DNA of 64,000 bases, from assembly GCA_965217115.1 (NCBI GenBank), contig OZ244239.1, forward strand, positions 1,056,001 through 1,120,000, written 5' to 3'. Source of the DNA: Bdellovibrionales bacterium. Its GTDB lineage: Bacteria; Bdellovibrionota; Bdellovibrionia; Bdellovibrionales; CAYMLA01. The notes under the pieces are model-generated. The model saw only the letters and a program-made list of their open reading frames with translations, had not been told where the DNA came from and searched no databases. Each line of letters begins with the position of its first letter. The first letter of the stretch is position 1. This document shows, in pieces, positions 40,502-50,616 of this stretch. A program made the position numbers and the translations under genes.

Positions 40502-40773
40502 TGTGATATCTCCTCTTTGGAAAAATTTTATAACACTCATTCAAAAATAACAGGACAGAACGATTTAATGATCAAAATCACTCTTTTGCCATCGGGGCAA
40601 AGACCTAAGGTCTTAGTTAGTAACCGATTTTTACAAAAACTAAAACTCCTTACATGGTGCTTCCAGAAAAGAAGATGACAAACAGACAAAAGTCTACCTG
40701 TCAGAACACAAATCACCTCTGTGATGCCCCTCGGAGATCAATCAGAAAACAAACAATGGGGGAATGTTTATTG

Positions 40774-42111
40774 TTAAATTTTGTTTATGCCTTCGCCGAC
40801 GATGGACTCAATCTCTGGGATCTCTTTAGGCAAAGCCTCAGTCATATTTTCAAAACCGTCTCTTGTAATGCGAATATTGTCTTCGATACGCACACCAATC
40901 CCTCGCAATTCCTTAGGGGCTGATTCATCATCGCCAGGAATATAAATTCCTGGCTCAACGGTAAAGCACACGTTTTCTTTAAAACAAACTGGAGCTCCTT
41001 CTGCTTCCACATACAGTCCAACATCATGGACATCCATTCCTAAATAATGCCCCGAATCATGTGGATAATATTTTCTATATGCTCCTGATTTTTTAATTTC
41101 TTCTTTTTTTCCTGAAAGTAATTTCAAATCCAACATCACATCAATGAGCATATCAACAGAAACTTCTTTAAGATGATTTATCGATTCCCCTGGCCGACAT
41201 AATTCAATGATTTTCTTCTGAACACTCAAAACCCCTTGATAGACCTCTTTCTGTGCAGAGGTGAATTTACCATTTACAGGAAAAGTGCGCGTGATATCTC
41301 CTGTGTAATACTGGTACTCGGCTCCTGCATCAATGAGGAGTAGGTCTCCGTTTAGACATTCCTGATCATTGAAGGTGTAATGTAATGTTGTTGCACTCTT
41401 GCCCGAAGCAACAATAGATGGATAGCCAGTCCTCTGTGACCCTTTCATCATCATGGTGTGAATTAAAACTGCCTCAACCTGGCGCTCGTTCACCCCGGGG
41501 CGACAAAAACTCATAGCGACCTTATGGGCCTCCACCGATATTTGACAGGCTTTCTTTTGAATTTTAATCTCGTCATCCGTCTTATACAAACGCATTTGAC
41601 CCAATTTCTCACTCGGATCTTCAATCAATAGAAGCCCACTACCACTGCGGCCAGAGATCTCCTTAATTTTTTGTAAAACATTTCTCACTCTCAAATCAAA
41701 AGAGTCATTCTTAAATAAAGAATAATAAATTTTTTGCACCCCTTTTAACAATCTAGGCATCTCTTTTTCAAAATCACTAATTGGATAAACGCAATCAATA
41801 GAAAAATTCTCACCCGTTCCCTCAACCCCATAGCGAAAGCCATCCCATGTTTCCCTCTGCCGATCTTTCTCACGCACAAACATGATCGTCTCTTTTTCAG
41901 CCCCAGGGAGAAGAACCAAAACAGATTCTGGCTCCTCAAATCCCGTTAAATAAAACAAATTAGAATCCTGTCTATAGGCGTGATACACATCGCTATTGCG
42001 AACACTCTCAATTTGGGCTGGAACAATCAACGCCCCATCAGAAAAACACTCCTTAGCCCTGAGTCTTCTCTCTTTACATAATTCAATTCTTTTTTTCTCT
42101 ATTTTTTCCAT
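40774..42111 (-). CDS. pepP: Xaa-Pro aminopeptidase
   Basis: YRQDSNLFYLTG, LHY, IDAG, GDITRT, GHYLGMDVHD, TVEPGIY, GVRIED. Confidence 0.93.
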   Translation of the reverse strand: MEKIEKKRIELCKERRLRAKECFSDGALIVPAQIESVRNSDVYHAYRQDSNLFYLTGFEEPESVLVLLPGAEKETIMFVREKDRQRETWDGFRYGVEGTGENFSIDCVYPISDFEKEMPRLLKGVQKIYYSLFKNDSFDLRVRNVLQKIKEISGRSGSGLLLIEDPSEKLGQMRLYKTDDEIKIQKKACQISVEAHKVAMSFCRPGVNERQVEAVLIHTMMMKGSQRTGYPSIVASGKSATTLHYTFNDQECLNGDLLLIDAGAEYQYYTGDITRTFPVNGKFTSAQKEVYQGVLSVQKKIIELCRPGESINHLKEVSVDMLIDVMLDLKLLSGKKEEIKKSGAYRKYYPHDSGHYLGMDVHDVGLYVEAEGAPVCFKENVCFTVEPGIYIPGDDESAPKELRGIGVRIEDNIRITRDGFENMTEALPKEIPEIESIVGEGINKI

Positions 42112-42120
42112 AAAACTTCC

Positions 42121-43152
42121 TTAGAATCCGTACTTCTTTCTTATCTTCTCTATAAAAACCTTTCCTGAATCATAGCCTCTTTTTATCATCTCATGGCGTA
42201 AATCATGATTAGTAAGAGAAAACTCTTGCATGTTTATATTCAAAAACTCATCCACAGAAGATTTCTGAGAATTTAACAGCTCAAAACCCTGTTGCCACAA
42301 TAATTGAGTTTCAAATTTTAGATTTTTTCTAAACGTATCCAATGGTTGATTCTCTTGCAAGAGATTTATAAAAAACACTCGATTAACACCCGCCTCTTTT
42401 AATTTATCCACAGAAGCCTTAAGGGCAAAAACCCCTGCCACCTGGTTTCCGTGAGGGCGATAATAAGGGGGATAGCTCAAACAGCTTTTAAGAATTTGTC
42501 TGTACTCTCCCTTGTCATGCCAAATAACTCTCGATAGTTTCGAGAGATCACGGGATGGACAGGCAAAAAATAACTGGGATTCCTCAACAACACTCTTAGA
42601 AAACACATCGTCTAAATAAGAACTCAAGCTCTGTGCACCTGTCATTTTTATTTTTGATGACATCAACTCTGAACTTGGTAAATAGTTCTTTTTTAATTTA
42701 AGCATTTGCCATTCCACATCAAAAGCCTCGCCCTTGCGTGCATAAAAAGCAGCCACCAAACCACCCCATTCCAAACCGACAACGGCCGTTACTGGAATTT
42801 TCTCCTCCTCAAAAGCCTTTAAAAGCCCAACATGGGCAAATGCTCGCAAAACTCCTGGCCCTAAGACCAGTCCCACACGTAAATTTTCCCCATCGGGAAT
42901 GATCGAAAGCAACTGCTGTCCACTAATATCAACTTGAAGATTCTGGCTATCAACAGCCTTTCGGCCCCCAAAATGATCTCTGTTCAGGTTTCTTACTTTA
43001 TCAATAGTCACTTCAGAAGAGAGCCGCCCATCTAACGTCCCACAGGCGTTGAAGAGCAGCAATGCTCCTAACGCTCCCAATACCCTAAAAAAACTAAAAA
43101 TCCTCTTTGCCATCGATTCTCTTACCATAGAAAAAAAACTCCCCATTTCCAT
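42121..43152 (-). CDS. patatin-fold putative lipoprotein with degenerate catalytic motifs
   Basis: LVLGPGVLRAFAHVGLL patatin N-terminal motif; GLEWG in place of GxSxG; lipobox-like FNAC; start may be 43113. Confidence 0.7.
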   Translation of the reverse strand: MEMGSFFSMVRESMAKRIFSFFRVLGALGALLLFNACGTLDGRLSSEVTIDKVRNLNRDHFGGRKAVDSQNLQVDISGQQLLSIIPDGENLRVGLVLGPGVLRAFAHVGLLKAFEEEKIPVTAVVGLEWGGLVAAFYARKGEAFDVEWQMLKLKKNYLPSSELMSSKIKMTGAQSLSSYLDDVFSKSVVEESQLFFACPSRDLSKLSRVIWHDKGEYRQILKSCLSYPPYYRPHGNQVAGVFALKASVDKLKEAGVNRVFFINLLQENQPLDTFRKNLKFETQLLWQQGFELLNSQKSSVDEFLNINMQEFSLTNHDLRHEMIKRGYDSGKVFIEKIRKKYGF

Positions 43153-43166
43153 CTCACATAGAAATC

Positions 43167-44024
43167 TTATTCAATTCTGCTCTCATTGTAATCAATAATT
43201 TCTTTTAAATAAGATTTTGTAGAGTTCGTTTTTCCGTTAAACTCCACACTCTGCCTGGCTTTGTCTGATAATTTTTTTAAAAAAACACGGGATTCATCTA
43301 TTCCTACCAACCCAGGGTAACTTCCTTTTTCAATATCATTTAAGTCGTAGTCTAAAATATCATCGGCCACCTGAAAAGCCAGCCCCAAATAACGACCATA
43401 GTTTTTCAAACTCTCCATGTCTTTTTCCTCAGCCTGGCAAATCAATGCCGCTCCCTCAATCGCACAGCTAATAAGAGCCCCTGTTTTCAAAGAATGTAAT
43501 TCGTTGAGTTGAGCCATATTCTCAAGTCCCTGCACCTGGACCTTTAAATCAATCGCCTGGCCTCCGACCATCCCTTCAATGCCTGAACTTTTTCCCAAAA
43601 GCTGCACCAGCTTTACAACAAGATCAGAGTTGTAGGAATAGTGTTTAGCCACGACACAAAAAGCCTCTGCTAAAAGCGCATCTCCTGCAAGTAAGGCAGT
43701 GTCCTCTCCAAAGACACGGTGATTACTCGGCTGTCCTCGACGCAAATCATCATTATCCATAGATGGTAAATCATCGTGAATCAAAGAAAATGTATGCACA
43801 AACTCCACTGCACAGGCGAAAGGAAGGGTTTTTTCTTTGTCACCACCTAGAGTTTCTGCCACATGTAAGCTCAAAAGCGGGCGAAAACGCTTGCCGCCAT
43901 TATTGATTGAGTAGTTCACGGCCTCAACCAAGGATTTTACACCACATGATTTGGATATGTTTTTTTTATCCCAATAATCACGGGCAAAATGATCAATCAA
44001 TACCAAGAGATCTTTCACTGTCAC
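43167..44024 (-). CDS. ispA: farnesyl diphosphate synthase
   Basis: GGKRFRP, SLIHDDLPSMDNDDLRRG, GGQAID, KTGAL, FQVADDILD. Confidence 0.93.
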   Translation of the reverse strand: MTVKDLLVLIDHFARDYWDKKNISKSCGVKSLVEAVNYSINNGGKRFRPLLSLHVAETLGGDKEKTLPFACAVEFVHTFSLIHDDLPSMDNDDLRRGQPSNHRVFGEDTALLAGDALLAEAFCVVAKHYSYNSDLVVKLVQLLGKSSGIEGMVGGQAIDLKVQVQGLENMAQLNELHSLKTGALISCAIEGAALICQAEEKDMESLKNYGRYLGLAFQVADDILDYDLNDIEKGSYPGLVGIDESRVFLKKLSDKARQSVEFNGKTNSTKSYLKEIIDYNESRIE

Positions 44025-44239
44025 TCTTCCTCAAATTTTTCAAATTGACCCTTTCCTTTCCCATCGATTTCAATCAGTTTTTGTACTTTTAACTCAGCCT
44101 GCTCCAAGCTCTTATGACAGGAACGAGAAGTTTTCACTCCCTCTTCAAACAATTTCAACGAATCATCTAAGGACAGTTCTCCCTCTTCCATTTCGCTAAC
44201 AATTTGCTCTAAACGAGTTAAACTTTTTTCAAAATCCAT
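44021..44239 (-). CDS. xseB: exodeoxyribonuclease VII small subunit
   Basis: FEKSLTRLEQIV…LSLDDSLKLFEEG…C…AELKV. Confidence 0.93.
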   Translation of the reverse strand: MDFEKSLTRLEQIVSEMEEGELSLDDSLKLFEEGVKTSRSCHKSLEQAELKVQKLIEIDGKGKGQFEKFEEE

Positions 44240-44347
44240 CTACAACTCCTGATTGTTTTGTTCCCATTTAAGCCTGCCTCAAAGGGGGTTCTTTCAACGC
44301 TTTTATAAAATCCCACTCTCAACTAAAAAAACATCTTTGAAGAAGAG

Positions 44348-45703
44348 TTAAGTCGCTACATTGTTTTTTATCGTTTTTACCTCAGCAGTAGCGCTGCCAC
44401 AGGCCATGCGCAGATTAATCCTTTCACCAACACTTACATCCTTCACGTCTTTTATCACTTGCCCTGATTCATTTGTCACTAAGGAATAACCCCGTTCAAC
44501 CACCCTCAAAGGGCTCAAAGAGTTTAATAGGGCCTTCTGAGTCTCTATTTTTTTTGTTTTCTTTTCCAATAGCTCCCTTGTCAATACTGGTAACCTTCGT
44601 TCTGAATTTTTTAACCTAAGCTCCATTCTCTCTAATAAATATCGTGGAGAAATTAGCTTTTCTCTTAGAACGCTCACTTGATAAAGTCTCTCCTTGATTT
44701 GATTCTCCATGACAACACTTAACCTATGTTGTAAGTCATCACAGCGAATCGATAGATCTTCTAATCGTTTTTTAGGGTCAATAAGACTCTTTTCTAGGAG
44801 CTGCCATTGACGTCTTTTCTCAATAACACGAAAAGTCACGCTCTTGAGCAAGGTTCTCTCTAAAGATTTTAGTTTTTCCTCTAATTCTAATTCACTTTTA
44901 ATAACTATTTCAGCCGCAGCCGAAGGAGTTGGTGCTCGCAAGTCGGCAACAAAATCAGCAATAGTGAAATCAATTTCATGTCCCACAGCTGAAATCACAG
45001 GAACAGAAGCGTCGGAAATCGCCCTTGCCACAGACTCTTCATTAAAACACCAGAGATCCTCTATAGACCCCCCACCCCTTGCCAAAATCAAAACATCTAG
45101 ATCTTTTAATCTTTGGGCCAGTTGTATGCCTTTGACAATGTCACTTGAGGCTTGTTTTCCCTGAACAAGAGAGGGAATGACTGTTAAGCAAATGCCCTTG
45201 TTTCTGCGACTTAAAACATTCACCATATCACGAATAGCCGCCCCTGTGGGGGATGTCACAACAGCTATGTGTCGTGGCCACGCGGGAAGATCCTTTTTGT
45301 TTTCTTTAGAAAACATCCCCTCTTCTTTGAGCTTGTTCTTTAATTTTTCAAAAGCCTCTTGCAAGTCTCCTTCACCAACTCTCTGTATCTCTTCACAGAC
45401 AATTTGATAATTTCCTCTCGGTTCATAAACGGTGACTCTGGCTCTGATCACCACCTCTATCCCATCTTTGGGTTTAAAGGAGAGTCGAGAGTTGTAACCC
45501 CTAAACATCACAGCACTGATTTGAGAGTTTTGATCTTTAAGACTAAAATAAAAATGCCCCGAGGTGTGGGCTTTGAAATTAGAGATTTCTCCTCTGACCC
45601 AAATCAAAGGAAATTCACCCTCAATCATTGACTTGATCGAACGGTTCAAAGAGGACACCGTTAAAATGGATTTACAGTCTTGAAATTTCTTCCCTTGAAT
45701 CAT
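44348..45703 (-). CDS. xseA: exodeoxyribonuclease VII large subunit
   Basis: GEISNF, SGHFYFSLKD, RGGGSIEDLW, VGHEID, RAPTPSAAAE. Confidence 0.95.
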   Translation of the reverse strand: MIQGKKFQDCKSILTVSSLNRSIKSMIEGEFPLIWVRGEISNFKAHTSGHFYFSLKDQNSQISAVMFRGYNSRLSFKPKDGIEVVIRARVTVYEPRGNYQIVCEEIQRVGEGDLQEAFEKLKNKLKEEGMFSKENKKDLPAWPRHIAVVTSPTGAAIRDMVNVLSRRNKGICLTVIPSLVQGKQASSDIVKGIQLAQRLKDLDVLILARGGGSIEDLWCFNEESVARAISDASVPVISAVGHEIDFTIADFVADLRAPTPSAAAEIVIKSELELEEKLKSLERTLLKSVTFRVIEKRRQWQLLEKSLIDPKKRLEDLSIRCDDLQHRLSVVMENQIKERLYQVSVLREKLISPRYLLERMELRLKNSERRLPVLTRELLEKKTKKIETQKALLNSLSPLRVVERGYSLVTNESGQVIKDVKDVSVGERINLRMACGSATAEVKTIKNNVAT

Positions 45704-45882
45704 GCCTGAATTTACTTAGATTCACTCTCTATGGCAATTATTTCCTGCTTTAACCCACTTAGATTTGTCTAGGACACAGCACACATCAAGGCTTCGTAAC
45801 AAAAAACCAGTCTTGATTCTAGAATTAATACAGATGTTATTTTTTCTTTCCCTATTTCACTAAACTTTGCTAGACTTATATG

Positions 45883-46065
45883 TGTTCGCTGCAGATGAAA
45901 CTCTGTAAAAAAGAACTCTACTCTGATTTATTTAGGAGGCCGTCACTGGTAATGGTGAGCAAGCCCTACTCGTATAGGGAAGCCTAAAGTTGCTACAATG
46001 GTTGTTCCGCTTTTAAAAAAGTAAATTGGGTTCTTTATACAGGGTGCTCTAGCAGCGTTTTTTTT
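45883..46065 (+). ncRNA. candidate ~180-nt rod-shaped ncRNA (6S-like architecture, family unassigned)
   Basis: Extended -10 TGCTAGACT at 45868-45876; end-to-end pairing CGCTGC/GCAGCG, ACTCTGTA/TACAGGGT, AAAGAACTC/GGGTTCTTT; T8 tract directly after the closing stem. Confidence 0.55.
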
Positions 46066-46190
46066 CGCTTGCCAATACTTTTGACAAAACACGGAAGTTC
46101 AACGTTTCATTTTGAGACGTCAATAATTTAATCAGCCTCAAACCCTTGAAACAAACTGCTTTTCACAGAAAAACAATCTTCCGCCCTAAA

Positions 46191-46207
46191 TTGGCACTGC
46201 ACTTGCT
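46191..46207 (+). promoter_or_regulatory. sigma54 -24/-12 promoter
   Basis: TTGGCACTGCACTTGCT matches TGGCAC-N5-TTGC exactly. Confidence 0.8.
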
Positions 46208-46251
46208 CCGATAGAGGTTGTGGTTGTTAACATTTTTTTAGGAGCTTTATA

Positions 46252-47823
46252 ATGATGAACTCTTTTTCTCTTTTAGCTTTGGTCTCTACGATCCTGTTTT
46301 CTAGTCCCACTCTCAGAGCTAACCCACCTGTTGCAGCTGTTGCAAATCTTGACTACAAGAAGCTATATAAATTCTGCGAAGATAAATCAAAGAAGCTGAT
46401 AAAACCAGATAGAAGAACAGATAAAACGGATGAAGAGATAATTGGGATGTGTTTTGACAAATTGAGTGATCGACACTACGGCGACTCTAAGAACAAATGC
46501 CCCGACCTGAAGGAAAAATTCCACGCCGCGAACAAAGATTTTACAGAGGCTTGTAAATCGGTTAATGGATCTGGACTCGAGTGCAGAAATAAATATATGA
46601 AGTGTCGCAATGTCCTTACTCAGTACAGGACTTATAACAGTGATAAAACTCGCATTCTCAATGATGAATACGCCACCTATGACGACCTCGATGGGCTGGA
46701 TGATGGAATCAAGACCGCCCTGGAAGAAGGCGACGAGATATGGTCTTCTGCGAAATTAGGTGATAAGTGCCCTGAGATTTCTACAGCAAATTTTAAAGAA
46801 TCTCTAAAGGAGCAAGAAGAGAAAATAAAAAACGCTAAAGAACAAATCGTCAAAGTAAATAAAGAAGATGCCGACTCAAAATCAGCTCAAGCTTCCTTCG
46901 AGCAAAAAAAACGTGCAACGGAGAAAGCCCGCCTCGCTAGTTTAGAGACGATTATAGCCAAACTACAAGACAGAATTCACTCCGCCAATGATCGTCTTAG
47001 GAGAGAGACCATAAGAAACTACAAGGAACAGATTCTCTCAGAAAAGAGCCTCGATGACATTGTCAACGAACGAGCTACGATTTTGACAAAGAAGGCAATG
47101 GACAGATTGGACCTTGCCAGTGACTGTCGCACTATCTATCAAAATAATTTAGACAAAGCTGAAGACAGCTGGAACAAGATAGGGAGAACCTCTTCTCAAT
47201 TCAGATCAAGCAGACAGGGCCTTGCTTCAACATTGTCTGTCAAATCCTCTAAAAGAGATTTCTTTCGAAAAAAAGTTCGGATTCCCTACAGGCGCTGTCT
47301 TAAAAAGGCTTCATTAAAAAAGAAAATTATTAATAACGCTGTGGAGCTTAAGCTTAAAGCAAACACGAATAAATACAATGCGACTCTTAAAAACCACAAG
47401 CGTATCGCTGCTTCACAATCTAACAATCTCATCTCCTTTGACGAACAGATACACAGCTTAAAAAGCCAAGAAGCCAATTCTAAAAAAGAATACGAGAACC
47501 TTCTACAAACTCTTGAGGAAGAAGCTATGACTCAACGCTTTGACGCCATTAGTGCTAGTCAAGCAACAATGTCCAAATTAAACCTTGCCAATCAAGACTT
47601 GAATCTTGCCACAAATTCTCTGGCTGAATTAAGAATGATTGGAACAAAAAGTCGTGACGTTGCTAGTAGCCACACAGATATCCCTAGTAAACGTGATGAG
47701 GTTGTCCACAGACACGCCGCTTTAGAGACTGCAGCCTGCGAACCGGCCGCTCTACCTGGGTACATTGGAAGTGACAGTGATTGGGGGAGGAAAAAAGAGA
47801 CGAAGGCGATTAAAGAGAATTAA
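46252..47823 (+). CDS. secreted Cys-containing coiled-coil hypothetical protein
   Basis: Signal peptide, seven Cys in the N-terminal domain, long heptad-like helical region; RBS AGGAG. Confidence 0.75.
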   Translation: MMNSFSLLALVSTILFSSPTLRANPPVAAVANLDYKKLYKFCEDKSKKLIKPDRRTDKTDEEIIGMCFDKLSDRHYGDSKNKCPDLKEKFHAANKDFTEACKSVNGSGLECRNKYMKCRNVLTQYRTYNSDKTRILNDEYATYDDLDGLDDGIKTALEEGDEIWSSAKLGDKCPEISTANFKESLKEQEEKIKNAKEQIVKVNKEDADSKSAQASFEQKKRATEKARLASLETIIAKLQDRIHSANDRLRRETIRNYKEQILSEKSLDDIVNERATILTKKAMDRLDLASDCRTIYQNNLDKAEDSWNKIGRTSSQFRSSRQGLASTLSVKSSKRDFFRKKVRIPYRRCLKKASLKKKIINNAVELKLKANTNKYNATLKNHKRIAASQSNNLISFDEQIHSLKSQEANSKKEYENLLQTLEEEAMTQRFDAISASQATMSKLNLANQDLNLATNSLAELRMIGTKSRDVASSHTDIPSKRDEVVHRHAALETAACEPAALPGYIGSDSDWGRKKETKAIKEN

Positions 47824-47926
47824 ATAAATCACCGCAGCTTCATCCCTTTTAGAGAGACTCAAGCCAGCCTCAATGACGCTGAATAGCTCCCCTTGAATTA
47901 ACTTCTAATGCTGCTATAGTTCACCT

Positions 47927-50614
47927 ATGAAAAAGCTCATTTTATCCCTGTGTGCCGTTGCCTTCCTAATGATCGTGGTTGGAGCCACCACTCTTTTTTA
48001 CATCTCCTCCAACCTTCCACAGATCGTGACCGTGGAAGACTATGAGCCTCTACTGGTTTCAGAGGTTTACGATCGCAACAATGAGAAGATCGGGAATTTT
48101 TTCCGTGAAAAAAGAACTCTTGTCCCTTTTAACGAAATCCCCCCCATGATTATTGACGCCTTCATCTCTGCCGAAGACTCACAGTTCTACGAACATAGTG
48201 GTATTAACTACATCTCCATCTTTCGCGCCTTCATTGCCAATCTCAGAGCGGGACGCAAAGTTCAAGGTGGCTCCACCATCACCCAACAAACTGCAAAATC
48301 TATTTTGTTGTCTCCTGAAAAAACCATTATTCGTAAAATCAAAGAAGCCATTCTCGCTCAACGCATGGAGGCCCATCTTAGCAAAGAAGACATTCTCTAT
48401 CTCTACCTGAATCAAATCTATTTTGGACAGGGGGCCTACGGTATTAAAGAGGCTGCTAAAACCTATTTTCGTAAAGACATCAATGAACTCTCCCTCGGAG
48501 AGGTTGCCGTTCTAGCTGGCCTCCCAAAAGCTCCCAGTCGCTATTCGCCTACTCGCAATCCAAAGAAAGCTAAACAACGACAGAACTATGTTCTTAGTCG
48601 CATGGTCACCACGGGAGTTATCAGCCAGGAGCAAGCGGAGAGAGAGCAGAGCACTCCTCTTGTTGTTTACACAAGACAGGATTTTCAGAAAACAGCTCCC
48701 TTTTATTTAGAAACTATTCGTCAGATTTTAGTTGAGCGCCTTGGAGAATCTCAAATTCTCGACAAAGGACTCCGCATTTACACAGGACTAGATATTAACA
48801 AACAAATCTCCGCCCAGAAAGAAGTTAAAAAGGGGTTGCGAAATCTAGACAAGCGACAGGGATATCGCGGGGTCGACAGTCATATTGAGGATCCACTCAA
48901 ATACACAGCTTTTTTGATGGAAGAACGTAAACATCTTATCAAGAAAAGCTCTCCCCTGCGCACAATCATGCCCGACGGCACCATCCCTCAGCCCGATTTA
49001 CTCGATCGTGAAACAAACTTAGACAGCAATAACAAACCTCTGCCAAACATTCCCCCCTATTTAGAAATCGGCCAAATCACCAAGGGTATTGTCACTCATA
49101 TTGACAATAATTGGGGGCTTGTTTCCATAGAGATTCCTGAGGGAAAAGGTCTTATCGATTTTGAAACTATGAAGTGGGCCAGAGAACCCAACCCTAATAT
49201 TCGATTTAATCTCGACGAAATTTCCTCCCCATCCCAAGCTCTTAAAGTCGGAGACGTTATTAAAATTCAAATACAGGGGCAAAGATTTTACTCTTCAGAG
49301 ATTAATAAACGTCTTATCAAGATGAAGCGCACTCAAAAAGAGAACTACAAAAGGCCCGAAGAGCTGCCTGATTTTAAAAATTATATTCGTTTAACTTTAG
49401 AGCAAGATCCCATTGCCGAAGGGGCTTTGATTTCCTTTGATCAAGAAACTGAAGATATTCTCTCTATGGTAGGAGGTTATGACTTTAAACGCTCTCAATT
49501 TAACCGTACCATTCAAGCCGTCCGTCAAACAGGTTCTTCTTTTAAGGCCGTTGTCTATGCTGCAGCTCTTGATAAGAACTACACTCCTGCCACGCCCATC
49601 ATAGACGCTCCCATCGTTCATTCCGATGTGATCGAAGAAGAGCAGGGTGGGGAGTCTATTGTTAAAAAATGGAAACCTCTTAACCATTCAAAAAAGTTTT
49701 CAGGTGATGTTCTTTTCCGAAATGCGCTTATTCGTTCAAAAAACGTTCCCACAATTAGGGTCACTGATGATATCGGCGTAAACTGGATCACCAACTACGC
49801 TCGACGACTAGGTATTTTCAGCCCTCTTAATTTAGACTTAACCATCGGTCTCGGCACAAGTGGTATCACCCTTTATGAGATGACTAAGGTTTTTTCCCAT
49901 TTCGGTCGCATGGGAAAACGTATTCGCCCTGTACTGATTCACAGAGTGGAAGATCGTAATGGAACTGAATTAAACAACAAGATATCCTTGGATATTCGTT
50001 TCGATAAGGAAATTAAAGAATCTGATAACCTCTTTGAGGAAAAAAGACTCCAGTATCTCTCATCGCAAGAAGAAGAAGAAAACAAAGAAGAAAATCAAAA
50101 TCTTCCTCCTCTGTTTTTTGATGACCCCGACCAATTACTTAGACCCACAACAGCTTATTTAATCACAAGCATTCTTCAGGGCTCTATCTCAGAAAGAGGC
50201 GGGACAGGAGGTCTTGCTCGTTCACTTGGCCGTGTAGTTGCTGGTAAAACAGGCTCGACAAGTAATTATTACGATGCCTGGTTTATTGGTTACTCTTCAC
50301 AGATAGCGACAGGCGTTTGGATAGGATTTGATGAAGAACGTTCTCTGGGAAAAAGTGAAGTCGGTGGACGTTCAGCTCTTCCCATTTGGGTCGGTTACAT
50401 GAAATCATCCCATGAAGACATTCCCAACACCAGCTTTCCAACTCCCGAAGGAATTGTTTTTGCCAATATTGACAATGACACTGGTAAACTCGCTTCAGCT
50501 AAAACTAAAACTGTCGTGCGCCAAGCTTTTCTCGATGGAACCGAACCAAAAAGTAGCACCAATAATACATCCGAAGAAGATGAAGAGGCGTCTTTTTATA
50601 AAGACGATCTCTAA
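47927..50614 (+). CDS. mrcA: penicillin-binding protein 1A (class A PBP)
   Basis: AEDSQFYEHSG, QGGSTITQQ, RKIKE, YLNQIYFG; SSFK, SKN, KTG. Confidence 0.93.
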   Translation: MKKLILSLCAVAFLMIVVGATTLFYISSNLPQIVTVEDYEPLLVSEVYDRNNEKIGNFFREKRTLVPFNEIPPMIIDAFISAEDSQFYEHSGINYISIFRAFIANLRAGRKVQGGSTITQQTAKSILLSPEKTIIRKIKEAILAQRMEAHLSKEDILYLYLNQIYFGQGAYGIKEAAKTYFRKDINELSLGEVAVLAGLPKAPSRYSPTRNPKKAKQRQNYVLSRMVTTGVISQEQAEREQSTPLVVYTRQDFQKTAPFYLETIRQILVERLGESQILDKGLRIYTGLDINKQISAQKEVKKGLRNLDKRQGYRGVDSHIEDPLKYTAFLMEERKHLIKKSSPLRTIMPDGTIPQPDLLDRETNLDSNNKPLPNIPPYLEIGQITKGIVTHIDNNWGLVSIEIPEGKGLIDFETMKWAREPNPNIRFNLDEISSPSQALKVGDVIKIQIQGQRFYSSEINKRLIKMKRTQKENYKRPEELPDFKNYIRLTLEQDPIAEGALISFDQETEDILSMVGGYDFKRSQFNRTIQAVRQTGSSFKAVVYAAALDKNYTPATPIIDAPIVHSDVIEEEQGGESIVKKWKPLNHSKKFSGDVLFRNALIRSKNVPTIRVTDDIGVNWITNYARRLGIFSPLNLDLTIGLGTSGITLYEMTKVFSHFGRMGKRIRPVLIHRVEDRNGTELNNKISLDIRFDKEIKESDNLFEEKRLQYLSSQEEEENKEENQNLPPLFFDDPDQLLRPTTAYLITSILQGSISERGGTGGLARSLGRVVAGKTGSTSNYYDAWFIGYSSQIATGVWIGFDEERSLGKSEVGGRSALPIWVGYMKSSHEDIPNTSFPTPEGIVFANIDNDTGKLASAKTKTVVRQAFLDGTEPKSSTNNTSEEDEEASFYKDDL

Positions 50615-50616
50615 AC

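Noticed and set aside
40654..40923. 89-aa + strand ORF
   Set aside because: Overlaps pepP antisense, no recognisable motif or RBS.
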